From contig OZ024740.1 of the NCBI GenBank assembly GCA_964016885.1, forward strand, positions 325,066,001-325,130,000: a stretch of DNA of 64,000 bases, read 5' to 3'. This document shows, one piece after another, positions 13,964-28,589 of this stretch. How positions within the stretch are numbered: the stretch's first letter is position 1; each line of letters starts with the position of its first letter. The translations under genes and the position numbers were made by a program. The notes below the pieces were generated by a model. That model was not told where the DNA came from. It was given only the letters and a program-made list of their open reading frames with translations, and searched no databases. This stretch comes from Eledone cirrhosa (taxonomy: Eukaryota).

Positions 13964-14303
13964 CAGACACGCAAACAGTCAAACAGTGATAGAAACAGAC
14001 ACACACAGTGTGTAAATTAACAGTGGTTTTACTCACACTAAATAAACATGGTATTAATATTTGTTACACAGATCAGAGGGAATGTGAGACGGGTTGGTTT
14101 ACTGTGTTATTAATGAAGTTTGTACTGGATCCTCTTTACCATGCACCCCTGCCCCTACACACTAAAACAATAAATAAATATAAATAATAAAAAAAGGAGC
14201 AAACTACATTATTTAGCCAAAATATCATTGATAGAATAATTCAAAACATACGTTGTTTATAGCCAAGAGGGAGAATCATCTTAAAGCCCAGTTTCTCGTA
14301 CTC

Positions 14304-14351
<48 letters not shown>

Positions 14352-14416
14352 TATATATATACATATGTATATGTAGAGAGAGAGATACATATATACAGGC
14401 ATATACAAACACATAT

Positions 14417-14518
<102 letters not shown>

Positions 14519-14870
14519 TAGAATGAGACGATACTTTGCTTGGTGAAGACGTTCCCTGGCAATGAACTGAAAAAAGCGAAGATAATACGACGTTATGTGG
14601 AGCGTAAAGAACAAATACACGCAAAGACAAAACCACGTTTATGGTATAAATGGAGTCATTAGACTAAAATTCTATTCAGAAAACCGAATGGTTCTCGGCT
14701 TCGGAGTTAAGAATAATGTAAATAAATTAGTAGAAAGAAAATGACAGAGGTTATTAAAATCATAAAAGTAATGATAAATATATACATACACACATACACA
14801 AATATTTGCTCAAGGGTTCTTATATATTATCGAGCCCCCTTTGGATTTTAGTCTTCATATTTATTATTAT

Positions 14871-14940
<70 letters not shown>

Positions 14941-15162
14941 GGGCCGATCCTACGATCGCCTCCGTTGCTTTCTTTTGCTTTCCTTTTGTCATATATCATA
15001 TTATATATACATGTGTCTATGGAATGCTAGGACCTATATACTTTTATGTCACATTGGTTATGCATTTAATTCAAAGAAGCAAGTTTATCATTTAACGTGT
15101 CATGTTGAATTTCCCCGAGTATTACGTTAAATCTACACGTGTCTGTGGAATAATCAAACACA

Positions 15163-15790
15163 ATAATGGTTTCTGATTTAAACATAAAGCCCACAATTTG
15201 GTCGATTAAATCGATCCTAGTGCGTTACTGGTACTTTATTCTATCGACCTCATAATGAGGAAAGGCAAAGCTAACCTTGGCGGGATTTGAACTCAGAACG
15301 TAAAGGCCCGTAACTCAATGCTATAAAGTATGTTGTCCGACGCTCTTCCGATACTACCAATCCACCACTCTCAGCACTTACACAATAATTATTTCTACTT
15401 TCGGCACAAGGAGGGGGGGGGGTCGAATAAATCGACACCAGTGCATTACTGGTGCTTTATTTTACCGACTCTGAAAGGATGAAAGGCACTGCTAATCTCG
15501 GTGGGATTTAAACTAAGAGCGTAAAGAGTGTAACTCTATGCTGCAAAGCATGATGTTCGACGCTCCACCGTCACAATAATGATTTCTAGTATAGGCACAA
15601 GGTCAGTAATTTGGAGGGAGGGGAAAGTCGATTAAATCGACCTCAGTGTATTACTGGTACTTTATTTTTCGACCCCGTAAGGATGAAAGGCAAAGTTAAC
15701 CTCGGCGGGATTTGAACTCAGACCGTAAAGGGACGTAACTCTATGCTGCAAAGCATGGTGTCCGACTCTACCGATACTGCCAATCTACGA
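15163..15790 (-). mobile_element. Three tandem tRNA-derived SINE copies
   Basis: Each has antisense A-box (CCGATACTGCCAATC) and B-box (GGATTTGAAC or variant), body TACTGGTACTTTATT..CGAC..GATGAAAGGCAAAG and an ATT-type tail. CACAATAAT recurs at the junctions. Confidence 0.85.
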
Positions 15791-16138
15791 CAATAATAGA
15801 AGATGGATTGTACCTGTATTTCAGGGATTCAGTCTTGTCTCACACTATGTCACGCTGAATAGTATTAAGAATTACGTTATGGGTCCAGGTGTATATGGAA
15901 TACTCAGCCACATACACGTTAATGTAGCATGGACTGTAAAATATGATACAAAAGATTAGCCTTGTGTCACACTGTGTCATGCTGAATCACATTGAAAATT
16001 ACGTTTTTGTTAAAAATTCATTATACGAGGATGCTGGAGCTGTGAAATCTTGCATGCATTGTTTTCAACTCCTCGTACATAACCATCGTACTTAACAAGT
16101 CGGCCATGGTGAGAATCTATTGATTGGGAAATGAACTA

Positions 16139-16351
16139 CGAGGGTGTTCTAAAACGTTCATAGGCTGACGATGAAGGAGTGATGCTAGAGATGTGAAATC
16201 TTCTATGCATTAATTTCAACTCTTATTAATAAACTGCATTGTTTCTTTTCAGGGATATGTTGAAAATTAAACCTCATTTTGGTCATTCCATGAGAGTATC
16301 TTGGTCAACCTACGAAATGTTTAAGCCTATGAACTTTTCAGCCGACCCCCG
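16139..16351. mobile_element. Mariner-type MITE (a shorter relative lies at 16026-16075)
   Basis: TA|CGAGGGTGTTCTAAAACGTTCATAGGCT ... AGCCTATGAACTTTTCAGCCGACCCCCG|TA imperfect TIRs. Confidence 0.65.
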
Positions 16352-17032
16352 TATACCTAATATTTAAAAAAATGACATGTTAATTTAAAAGGAAGGTTAT
16401 TCTGGTGATCGAACACCTGGAATGATTGCCGTCGAAACCGACAGAGGCCCATTCTATTTCATTGCATAACAAATTAGTGGAAATTTCCAAATGAGTATAA
16501 AGTTTAGTTTGGCGTAGTTTGAGAATATGAACAGCTTCTAAAAACCAGACGATTTACATTTGTAATCAATAGAGGAGGGAACGTATAACACATGTCTTTA
16601 GCTCAATTAACATGTTAATTGTATTGATATAAGATTTTAGAAATAATGTGATGGTGTAATGGTGCAAAGGTAAACCAATACTAAAATCAGCACCTTCAGC
16701 ACTCCAAGAGAAAATATTAATTACCACACACCTGAAATATATTCTCAGGTATTAGTCACAGACATCAAAGGGGCGGATATTACTGCAATTAAAAGTTGTA
16801 TCCATGAGTACAGTCTCTCTTGCAGCAGATGAAAACAAGACGGAATATATTGGAATTAGTAAATTACTGTAACAGGTTTTAACTACATACAGATCTCAGA
16901 CTGGTGCACGTATACTTAAAAACACACGCGATCACGCACATGGAGAGAGACAGACACATTCACACACACTCAAACACAGGAACATATTGTGACCACTCAC
17001 ACACACATTATATATATATATATATACATATA

Positions 17033-17722
<690 letters not shown>

Positions 17723-17747
17723 TAGTGAGTGCATACATATATATATA

Positions 17748-18480
17748 TTATTATTATTATTATTCGCCTACTTATTCCTGACAGGGTCGTGAACGCAGAG
17801 TACTGAAACATTCCTTCCCACGGGTCTTGTCAGAAGCAACTGTCTCAAATTGATCTGCCTGGATACCCAAGCAAGACCAGCCGAGTTCATGGATGTTATC
17901 CAACCACTTTTAATGGGGTTTACCCCTGAATTTCTGTCGGTCGGTTTTACCCGTAACATCTGTCTATTGATCCTTTCCTGAGACATCCTAACCGCATGCC
18001 TCTAATACGGGAGCTGTGATTTCTCAATTCGGAGAAGTAGCAACTCTACATGGAGCGATTTTCTCATCTCCGAGATACGCACTATCGAGTATCGTTACTC
18101 AAGACCCCATATAGGCCGCTTGTATTCACGATCATATTCTTCAGGTAAGTATCCAAGATTCATGACCATAGTTAAGGGCTGGCACGAATTGAAGAAAGTG
18201 AGTTTGGATTTTACACCTACCTCCCTTCTTCTAAATAGCGAATGCTGAAGCTGGTGAAGTAATGCACCAGCTCCTGCAATCCTGCACTTAACTCAGCCGC
18301 CTGCCTTCTATCCCTCTTGGCCACAGTCCCGTGATACTTCAACTTCTCCACCTGCTTCAGTAGAACCCCATTCATATGTAGACTGCATTGCGCATGCTTC
18401 CTTGAAATGACGCGTGACTCAGTCTTGATTTTCATTTAAAGCTGTGCAGTGCTCGGCATCAAACATATCAGTTATATATT
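17748..18480 (-). mobile_element. Degenerate 3' fragment of an RTE-clade LINE with a TAA tail
   Basis: Minus-strand translations MKIKTESRVISRK..LKQVEKLKYHG and MSQERINRQML; homologous to 63.05-63.5 kb. Confidence 0.7.
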
Positions 18481-19078
18481 GGAGATGATTTTTTTCAACT
18501 TTGAATATAATTTCAATACTCTACCAATCAGTATTGAGTATTCATTCAGTTAATATTTAAATACTACGGTATTTTAAACACATGCTATATTAGTAGCCAG
18601 AAATTGTACTGAAACCCTGTATCACGCTGAATCGCATTGAGAATTGCATTAAGTATACACTTGTGTGTGGAATATTGGGCCACTTATACCTTTATACAAT
18701 ACTGACTATATGATGGCTATGTCGATTTCGAGAATTACTATCGCTTAATCCTTCTGTCACAAACTCAGCCAATGACATACTCCTTTCTCAAGCATGCTCA
18801 TACAACACACTTGAAAGATGCTCAAGCAATACACATGACAGATGTTTAGTTCAAGAAGTCTGTGCTTGGCGCTTTTTTTAAATGAGAAACGCCTTGCACA
18901 GGATTAATACCAATAACGATAGATCAACGTCATTGGTGGTAATCGAATCGCAGGTATTACATCAGTTTTACTTCTCTTAGAATACATTCCTAACTAGAGC
19001 CAGAGGGTTCTCAATCACGGTGTGATAAAAGCGTAGTCGAGCAACAAACTGAGTATTTCCATGCCCCGTGCTATCATC

Positions 19079-19189
<111 letters not shown>

Positions 19190-19364
19190 TATTTCCTCTT
19201 CTATTTATAATATATAAAACAGATAATACACGAGAGAGATAGAGTGTGTTTATCAATGAACATGAAAAACCACCAGTGTATGGAATCTACAAACTAAGAA
19301 AGGTGAGGTAGATGCATAATAATTAAATATATAAATCACCTTTCTTAGTTTATAGGTTCCATCC

Positions 19365-19413
<49 letters not shown>

Positions 19414-19669
19414 TTTCTTTATTAACCACAAGGGTTTACATAAAGTAGACATTAAGGACAGTACAGGACTATACAGGACGGTACAAATGGGCATTTCTGC
19501 GTGTAAAAAAGCAGAGGATGTAATAAAATAACAAAGAAAAAATTCCCCAATAGGGAGGAGACTTCCGAGGAGAAACTTTTGTGGAGAAAGCCCATTAAAA
19601 GACCACAGTAACACTGACCACCAGGGCAAGTGCCCTCTCCCAGTTTTCCACCTTTAATTTACAGACACA

Positions 19670-22558
19670 TACTTAGAGTAGGCCCATTCACTCGGGCCAT
19701 ACTTGCTTCTCTCACCCATCTTTTACAAAATGTTGGGAAGAGAGCACTTCCCTCTCTACCCTGATTTTCCTTTTCAAATGAAATTTGAAAAAGTTAATCA
19801 GGGCATCACCGAAGAGGTAAGTGCTCGTCTTCAGCCATTTCAAACGTGTCCACCATACTATCTCTTTCGCCATGGCCACCAGACAGATAAAAACTGCCTG
19901 CCCTTCCCGGCTAAAGGAAGAGGGCGGGGCAATCCTCATGATGGATTCAGCTGATAGCTGGATCCGTCCTACACGTGACAGCAGGTGTTCGACATAAACC
20001 CACAAGTCACCAATGCTCGGGCACTGGACGAGTGCGTGCAGGACGGTTTCGTCGCCCTGCGCGCATCTCGGACATGCCCGGCTGACGCACCTCCATGCCT
20101 GTAGAGTTTATCCCGAACTGGCAAAGCTCCTCGGTAGCACTGCCAGGCCAGGGATTTCTGGAAGTTGTCCATAGGCCCCGGCCCGAAAGTCCTTCCGAAG
20201 AGATTGGCTAGTTGATTTTCGTCGACACCTAGAATTTCTCCAAGTACGTCGTCGCTCTTCCCCTCCACTAATCCTCTATAGAACGCCGAGGTGGAGTTTC
20301 CACCGATCACATTGCCCGATTGGTCGAGGGCTGTGAGCGCCTGAAGACATTCCAGTCTCCAAGCGCTCCCTCTCGGTCTTCGCTTGACCCAGGACTGCAG
20401 CTCCGTCAAAGAGACGAGCTGGGGAAAGACGTGTCTAGCAAACGGCGTCCACACCTGATCACCGTCGAGGAAGAGGTGGAGAAGTCGTAGCCTGAGCGCA
20501 TGTCTGCGCATCATCAGCCACGGCATGCCCAGCCCTCCACGTAGCGAGTGTTGACAGCAGATGGATCGCCTGACCATCGGAGCGCGTCCCTTCCACAAAA
20601 AGCGAAAGAGCAAACGCTCCAGCGCAGTCAGGCAGGGCTTAGGATAAGGTACGACGGTCAGGCGGTAGTAGATGACGGACGCGATGTACGCGTTAGCCAC
20701 CTCCGCTCGACCTTTCAGGCTTCCTCTCCGCCCATTTCTGGGTGAGAGAAGCCACCCTGCTCATCACCTCGTCCCAGTTTTTAACCGTCTGGAGGTCCGG
20801 ACCGAACCAGACCCCGAGCAATTTAACCGGTCCGTCCGTCCAGCCCCCGACGACGCTGTTGGACGGCATGGACCTGCCTCTCCAGGTGCAGAGCTGCAGG
20901 CCCACTGACTTTTACTGGTTGATCATTGCTCCTGTCACGGCTTCGTATTCTCTTAGTGTAGTGCCGATCGCCTCGCTGTGTTTGGCGTTCGACACCACTA
21001 CGGTGACATCGTCCACATATGCTGACACGGATCTTCCGCATCCTAGTTCGCGCGGGATCCCCCTCAACGTCTCCAGTTTGTGCAGTAATGGCTCGAGAGT
21101 CAATACGTACAAGAGGGACGAGAGGGGACATCCTTGGCGGACCGAACGCATGATGTTGAACGGTTCCGAAAGGTGACCGTTCACTCTCACCACAGAGCAG
21201 ATGTCGCTGTGCATGGCAGCGATCCAGCCTCTGAAGACGGGCCCAACGCCAGCCGCACTCAGGACTGCCGCTAGGTAACGATGGTCGACCCTATCGAAAG
21301 CTTTCGACTGATCTAAATTGATCAGAGACCCACTCGTGCCAGCTTCCCTAGCTACCCTCTCTACGATGTATCGCATGAGGTGGAGGTTGTCGTGGTGGAT
21401 CTGTCGGGAATGGCGCATGTCTGCGCCTCTCCCACCAGACCACCAACGACAAGCGCCAACCTCTTTGCTAGCATCTTGGCCAAAATCTTGAACTCTGTGT
21501 TTAGCAGAGTTATGGGCCTGAAATCATCTAGTATATCCCCCTTGTTCGGATCCTTTCTCAGCAGCGCCACCGCTCCTCGGCTCACAGAGCTGGGAATTCT
21601 CCCGTTCTGTTGCCAGTTGCAGTAGACGTCCGTCAAGAGGCCTCCGAACAAGTCTGGCATTTGTACGTAAAGTTCATAGGGCAGACCATCCAAACCAGGC
21701 AATTTACCCCTTGTGCAGCCAGTCATTGCCTCCCTTACTTCAGCGGCTGTTATTGGCTTTTCGAAACACTCCGCCTCAGTGGCCGAGAGTCGCGGCAGTC
21801 CGTCGAGGTAGACATTAAAGTCCATCCCTCGATCCGGCCCGCCGCTGCCCCCGAACAGTTGAGCGAGGTGTCGCTGAAAGGCTTCACACATTTGCCGGGA
21901 TCGAGTAGCATGCGCCCGTCGTGGTCCACCAAAGACCGGATCGTGGCTTTGTTGCCACGACGCGCCTCCGCCACTCGGGCCTATTGAACGGCTTTCGTCC
22001 CCTCGTGTCTGAGAGCACGCACCCTAGCTCTGACAACGCAGCCTTCGTGCTTTGCATTGAAGAATTGGTCAAGGGCCAATTTCGCCGCAAGTACGTCGGT
22101 TGCGATGCCTGTGCTAAGTGTCTCGTCTAATTTTCTAACTAGTTCTCCCTCTGCTCTATTTTTCTCTATTGCTAAAGCCTTACTAAACCTAATGGACTCT
22201 ATTCTAATCGCTCTTTTCGGGACATAGACGGCCACTAGCCTGAAAGCTTGCCCGTCTCCGCTGGACACGTCCAGTACCACCAACTTACCTTCTGGGTCCA
22301 GGAAGATGGCCCGTATGGCGAGATCCAAACCTCTCCGAAAAAGCACAGCAACCCCTCCCACCGATCCAGGACGGCCGGGAGATGCCTACACATCGTAGCC
22401 ACCAAAGATCGGTGCGAAGGCCCGTCCTTTGGAGATCTGGTCTCGCTGATGGCCACTACATCTATGTTTAGTGACCTGAGGTCGTTGAGCAGGTGGCCCT
22501 GCTTCCATGACGACCCCAAGCCACGCGCATTTATGCTGCCTATTCTGAGTGAGGTCAT
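19670..22558 (-). pseudogene. Tx1-like ORF2 (APE endonuclease plus reverse transcriptase), multiply frameshifted with an internal deletion near 22215
   Basis: MTSLRIGSINARGL and VVAISET (APE); PGLDGLPYE, FRPITLLN, LDQSKAFDRVDH, SVRQGCPLS, YVDD and KLLGVWF (RT); GGLGMP. Confidence 0.9.
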
Positions 22559-22976
22559 GTTGAAATGGAGTGGAAAAGATGGGAAAGACCACTTACCTTA
22601 CTTCTCGTAGAGGAAGGATGGTTTCTCCATCCTTTTCACTGCTTGTGGCCTGCTCTGGAAGGATGTCCTTATAAATCCTCTTGGAGAGTGCTTGTCGGAA
22701 GTCTCCGATGTCTTTGAGGAATTTTTGTTTTAGTGTCGTGTACGTTTTCTGTGTGATGCGAGTGATTTGTATGTGCGGAGGTGGTGTGAACTTTTGGGTT
22801 GTCGTGTAGTCTTTTTCTGTGATGCTGGATGTAGTGTAATAATTGGTTGTTGTTCAAATTTAATGCTGTGTAGTGTGTATCGTTTTGGTTGTTTTGTTTT
22901 GTTTGCGTTTATTATGGGTTTGTTTCTATTTCGCTTTTTAGTGACTTTTGTGGTGTTGGTGATGGTGGTGTTGGGG

Positions 22977-24417
22977 TTAATGATGTTGATGGTGTTGGTG
23001 TTTGTTGTGATGGGGTTGGTGATGCTGGTGTGGATGGTGGCATATCTGTCCTAAGGTTTTTGTTTGATAGTTTATTTGTTTCCCCTCTGTATTTTGTTTT
23101 TGGAGGGGGAGGGAAGAGGATGTTTTTCTTTTTTGATTTCTTTTTCTTTTTTTCTTTTTTCCTGATACCGTTTCCAACTCCTCGTCGTCACAATCTGTCT
23201 CCAGTTGCGATAGGTCGGGGAGTCGAAAATCCTCCACAGGCGTTGGTTTTGGTTGTGGCGTGGTGGATGGTGTAGGCGCTGGTGCTAGTGCTGGCGCGTT
23301 GGGTGGTGGTGGTGGTGTTGGTTTTGCTACTGTTGCTGGGGTCGTTAATGTTACAGTTGCTTCTGTTGTTGCTGCTACAGTTGTTGCTGCCATTTCTGCT
23401 GCTGGTGGTGTTGATGGTTGAGTCACTGGGGTGGGTAAGAGAGGTGGCCTCAACCTTTTAGCCTGAGGGCAGAAATGCCTTAGGCGGGTTCCTCCACCAC
23501 AAACGACACACCTAGGCCTTCTGCCCTCGACGATTACGGCGAGGTGGCTGCCGTCAGTGAGGTCTATTACCTCTGGGATCTCCTCAATGCTTTTTTGGTC
23601 CACTAGAATCAGGAGCTCCATCCCAGATCCGGACCAGTTCTCTTGCTTTTCTTTGGCTATTTCGATTATCTTGGTGTTGGCTTCGATGCCGGCGAGGACG
23701 GCAGTTATTAGCCAAGGAATTTCGATGGCCGGTGGAACGTGGGACACCCTGATCTTCACGAGTCTCTGTCCACAATAGCTTGGGACGAGTGTGAAGTTTG
23801 TCACTTCTTAATGGGGCCATGGAGTGTTATCTGGCCTCCTGTGGTGTTTCAAAGAACACGTCCACGGTTCCATATTCCTGCCCACGTCTGATGTGGGGTT
23901 TTTTTGCCCACACATATCCCAAAGCTTTTTGGATTTGGGACTCGGATGACCGTTCCACTCGACGCGATTTTATTTTAATCGTCCGATAAGACACGGTGTA
24001 TAGGCACCGATACTCCATTTTATTAGGTGTGTGTGGGGAGGGTGGGGGGGGGGGGCTGACCCTGTACCCATCTTTCTTCACCATTCTTTTGGCTTCTTCT
24101 AATTCATCCTGAGTTACCTGGAATGCTTCGCACTTTTTTGCTACTCTGGCAAAAGACAGGGTGGTTTTCTTAATTTCATTGTTGCTGTTGTTGTTATCGT
24201 TATTTTTGTTATCGTTAATTTTAGTTTCAGTTGTGTTGGTGGTGGCGTCAGTGGTGTTCGGTGTGGAAGAGTTCATTTTGGGTGAATTCATTTCGATATC
24301 ACGCGATAATTTATTTTTTTCTTTTGTTTCTGTTGTCGCTGTGGTGATGGTGGGGGTGGCGGCTTCAACACCTGCAGTTATTGGTAATGGCGGGAAATGA
24401 ATGTCTGCCTGAGACAA
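22977..24417 (-). pseudogene. Tx1-like ORF1 (nucleic-acid-binding protein), disrupted
   Basis: ORFs 23827-24417 and 22977-23804 are in different frames. They contain LSFARVAK, a degenerate zinc knuckle VEGRRPRCVVCGGGTRLRHFCP, and Pro/Thr-rich and basic tails. Confidence 0.75.
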
Positions 24418-24749
24418 ATTTAAAATTTGCTACTGCTTATATTTTTAGTGTTGGCAAACGTAGTAATATTTACAATAGTGGTGTCGGTGTGAGGTGTTAG
24501 TTTGTGAGGAAGGTGTGACTTTGAGTCGTCCATGATATTTCAAAGAAAAATTTTTTTGTTTGAAAATTATAAAAGTTTAAATTTTGGGCTCAAGGCCCCA
24601 ATCTTTTTGAGTGTCCTTTTCAGATAACAATGTATGTGCACTTATATACAGTTAACAATAAAAATTTTCCATAAATGGCAATTTTAAACAAATGAAAATA
24701 ACAAACCTTTGCGGAGCTCACGATAATACGATTTACTACGTAGGTCGCC

Positions 24750-24825
<76 letters not shown>

Positions 24826-24829
<4 letters not shown>

Positions 24830-27514
24830 GGCGCTTTGAAAAACGATCTAGATTCTATAAGGACAATAATATGTTCAAAAACAACCAAAGAAACTTCTAC
24901 AGAAAAATTGGTAAGTCAACAATAACTGCTAAATCAAAACCACCCAAGGAGGAAGTGCAAGAATTCTGGGAAAAGATCTGGGCCGAAGAAAAAGTTCATA
25001 ACATACATGCCCCATGGATAGACAGACAAATGAAAGAAACAGCTCACCTTGAAGAACAAACATGGGAAAATATAACAGTTGAACAGCTGCGCTTGGCTCT
25101 AAGAAAAACCAGCAAATGGAAATCCCCAGGAAAAGACAAAATACAAAACTTTTGGATAAATGCCTTCACAGAGTCTCATGAGCTGTTAGCCCAACTTTAC
25201 AATGAAATAGTTAAGGAGCCAGAAAAGATACCATCATGGCTAGTTAACGGCATTACATTCCTGCTACCGAAGAATGATGAGACAAACAATCCCAAAAATT
25301 ACAGACCGATAACCTGCTTGACCACAATGTATAAAATTTTAACATCAGTCCTAACTGAATACACATATGACCACCTGATAACAAATGACCTATTTCCCAT
25401 TGAGCAGAAAGGGTGTAAACGAGGCTCATATGGCTGTAAGGATCAGCTTCTGGTTAACAAAATGATACTGGAAGATTGTCATAATAGACACAAAAATCTA
25501 TCGATTGCTTGGATAGATTATAAAAAAGCATTTGATAGTTTGCCACACAGTTGGATTGAAAAATGTTTAGAGATTTTCAAAATATCCCCCGTTATCAGGA
25601 GGTTTTTGTCATTCAGTATGAGGACATGGAGAACGACACTCCTTTTGAATAGTGAAACAAAATCACTGGAAGCTGGAGAAGTTAACATTAATTGTGGAAT
25701 TTTTCAGGGTGACTCTTTATCACCGCTTTTATTCTGCATCGCACTTATACCATTAAGTAAAATGCTCAATGAAACAAAACATGGATATAGAGTCTATGAC
25801 AAAACCATTAATCACCTGTTCTACATGGATGACCTGAAACTATTTGCAAAAAATGATGAACAATTGCAAGGGCTATTATCCACTGTAAAGCAGTTCAGTG
25901 ATGACATTAAAATGGAGTTTGGACTGGATAAATGCGCCAAAGCAACGTTCACCAGAGGAAAGCTGCTGAAGAGTTCAGACATTAATCTTGATCGGGGGAA
26001 CGTGATAAGAGAGCTTGATCAAGAACAAACTTACAAATATCTAGGTGTTTGTGAAGGAGACGGAATCAAGCACTCGACAATGAGGGAAAGGATAAGGAAG
26101 GAATGTTACCGCAGAGTCAGAGCAATCTTAAGAACGGAATTGAATGCAAGGAATAGGATCGATGCCATAAACACGCTTGCCATACCAGTAGTAACCTACA
26201 GTTACAATGTCATCAACTGGTCAAGCACAGAGATCCGTAGGCTCGATACAAAAATCCGAAAATTCTTAACCATGCACAGAATGCATCACCCTAAGGCAGA
26301 CATAGATAGAATATATCTCCCTAGGAAAGAAGGAGGACGTGGGTTAATCCAGTTAGACATTGCGTTGAAAACTGCAACAATTGGATTATCCACATATCTA
26401 AGGGAATCACATGATTGGATGATCAAACTCGTTTTGAAACACGAAAGCACCAAAAGATCATATTCCATTACAAAAGATGCACAAAGATACAGTAATGGAC
26501 TACAAATTTCAGAAGTCCCATTTACTGCTGAAATGGAAAACACAGAAAAAGCAAAGCAGGTAAAAGTAACTGCAAAGAAAGAACTGCTACAGAAACTGGC
26601 TAAGAAATGGCAAGAAAAGCCTCTGTATGGAAAATACCCAGAGCGAGCTAACAATCCTGATGTTGACAAAACTTTAACCCATCAGTGGTTGGCATCCTCT
26701 GGACTGAAATCGGAGACTGAAGGACTGATTATATCCGCACAAGATCAGTGTCTGCCAACAAAAAATTACCAAGCCAACATAATAAAAAATGGGTGCAGCC
26801 CATTATGCCGTGTATGCAAAAAACAACCAGAGACCATTGACCATATAATTTCAATGTGCAGTCCTATAGCTCCAACCGAATACCTAAACAGGCATGACAG
26901 AGCTGCACAATACATACATTGGATAATGTGTAAGCATTTTGACCTGCCCCATCAAAAGAATTGGTGGGAGCATCAACCACCTCCCATACTTGAAAAAGAT
27001 CACATCTCCATCTTGTGGAACTTTAGCATCCAAACAGACCGAAAAATAGATGCAAATTGACCTGATATAATATTGAAGGACTTTCAAAGGAGGGTATGCC
27101 TGCTAATTGATATGTCTGTTCCAATAGACAAGAATGTATCTATAAAAACATTTGAAAAATTGAGCAAGTATAAGGACCTGGAGATAGAAATTGGAAAAAT
27201 GTGGAAATTGAGAACTAAAACAATACCAGTGGTTGTAGGCGCTCTGGGAATGATACCTAAGGGGTCTAACGACTACTTATCGCAAATCCCAGGAAACCCG
27301 CGTATAGGAGAAATACAAAAGATAGTACTAATGGGAACTGCCCATATACTAAGGAAGATCCTGTCAATATAAGTACATCACAAGTCTAAACACTAAGGAT
27401 GCATGTGTGAATATGTGTGTTCTTTCTTGAACATGGCGGACCTTGTTGTCTCTTGAGGTCACTGGTTGTGACTTGGTGATAACTCGTATAAACATAAAGC
27501 AAGATAAATGCAAA
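24826..27514 (+). mobile_element. 5'-truncated R4/Dong-clade element, family A copy 1
   Basis: Near-identical to 29932-32620, with (TAA)n on both sides. ORF 24871-27060 ends at a premature TGA where the intact copy has AGA (NRPD motif) and continues in frame to 27372. Confidence 0.93.
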
Positions 27515-27534
27515 TAATAATAATAATAATAATA

Positions 27535-27711
27535 ATTGTTTCTACTTTTGGCACAAGGCCAGAAATTACTGGTACTTTATTTTATCGACCTCGTAAGGAT
27601 GAAGGGCAAAGTTAACCTCGGCGAGATTTGAACTCAGATCATAAAGGGACGTAACTATATGCTTCAAAGCATGGCGTCTGACCCTCTACCGATACTGCCA
27701 ATCCACCGCCC
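27535..27711 (-). mobile_element. tRNA-derived SINE inserted in the (TAA)n tail of the Dong copy
   Basis: Antisense A and B boxes, GGCCTTGTGCCAAAAGTAGAAACAATT 3' end, TAA repeats on both sides. Confidence 0.9.
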
Positions 27712-28589
27712 TAATAATAATAATAATAATAATAATAATAAGGTGGTTGAACGTCACGAAATTGCTCCCGTAAGTTTTTTGATTTTTAACATATTTAAAT
27801 CAATTGTGAAAGAACAATTCTTAGCACAAATGTTGCATAAAGGCACCGAATGAGGTCCCATAAAGTTTCGGATCCATATTATATTGTTGTATCGCTCAAA
27901 TATTCAATTTTGTATTATATATTTTGTATTCAAAAAAAGAAAATGGTTATAAATGGAACAAAACACCCTCTGTCTACACTATATAGAACAGCGGCAATTT
28001 CAATTTCACCAACACCAGAAACTTGATACACTACCTATCCCATCACACTAAATATAACGGCAACTTCACCGGCATCATAATAATAATTACTATTATTATT
28101 GTCTCAAATTTAAAAAAATGTTTAATTCAAATTTTACGGGAATATGTCAACACAAAATATAATGAAAATATATATTAAACATACGAACACAAACTCATAG
28201 ATACTATATCAGTAACCACAACACCACCGCTGCCACCTCCCCACCACATCCATCATCGCCGCCACCACTCATTCAATGCTACTGACACTATTCCCCTGTT
28301 AACTTGAGAGAGAAAAGGGAAGGTGGTGGTAGCACTAGACAAGAGAGAGGCTAGCAAAAGATATAAATAGATTGACTTGGTGACCTTGCCACGGACAAAC
28401 GTCTACATCAACAATTATGGGACTGCTGGCTCACCCCTTCCTCACCAACAATATAAAAAGCCCCGGCACCACCACCGACATAGCCAGCAGCAATAACAGC
28501 CAACTACAACAAAAAGTATATTATATTATTGTAATGCACTGGGTGATTGCTGGCCTTGTCCCTGGAGTGGAGACAATTATTAATAATTT

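Larger units (their letters stand above)
19411..24750 (-). mobile_element. Near full-length, degenerate Tx1/L1-group LINE (ORF1 plus APE-RT ORF2) inserted in (TAA)n
   Basis: (TAA)n on both sides (19365-19410; 24751-24828); 5' UTR ~24420-24750; 3' end CCCTTGTGGTTAATAAAGAAATCA(TTA)n. Confidence 0.92.

Noticed and set aside
14540-14585. Hammerhead-like GTGAAGA-CGTTC..GAACT-GAAA next to (TA)n; similar traces at 45082-45110, 54512-54548, 56485-56530 and 57392-57433
   Set aside because: The core or stem III is too degenerate to call. They may be decayed members of the same system.
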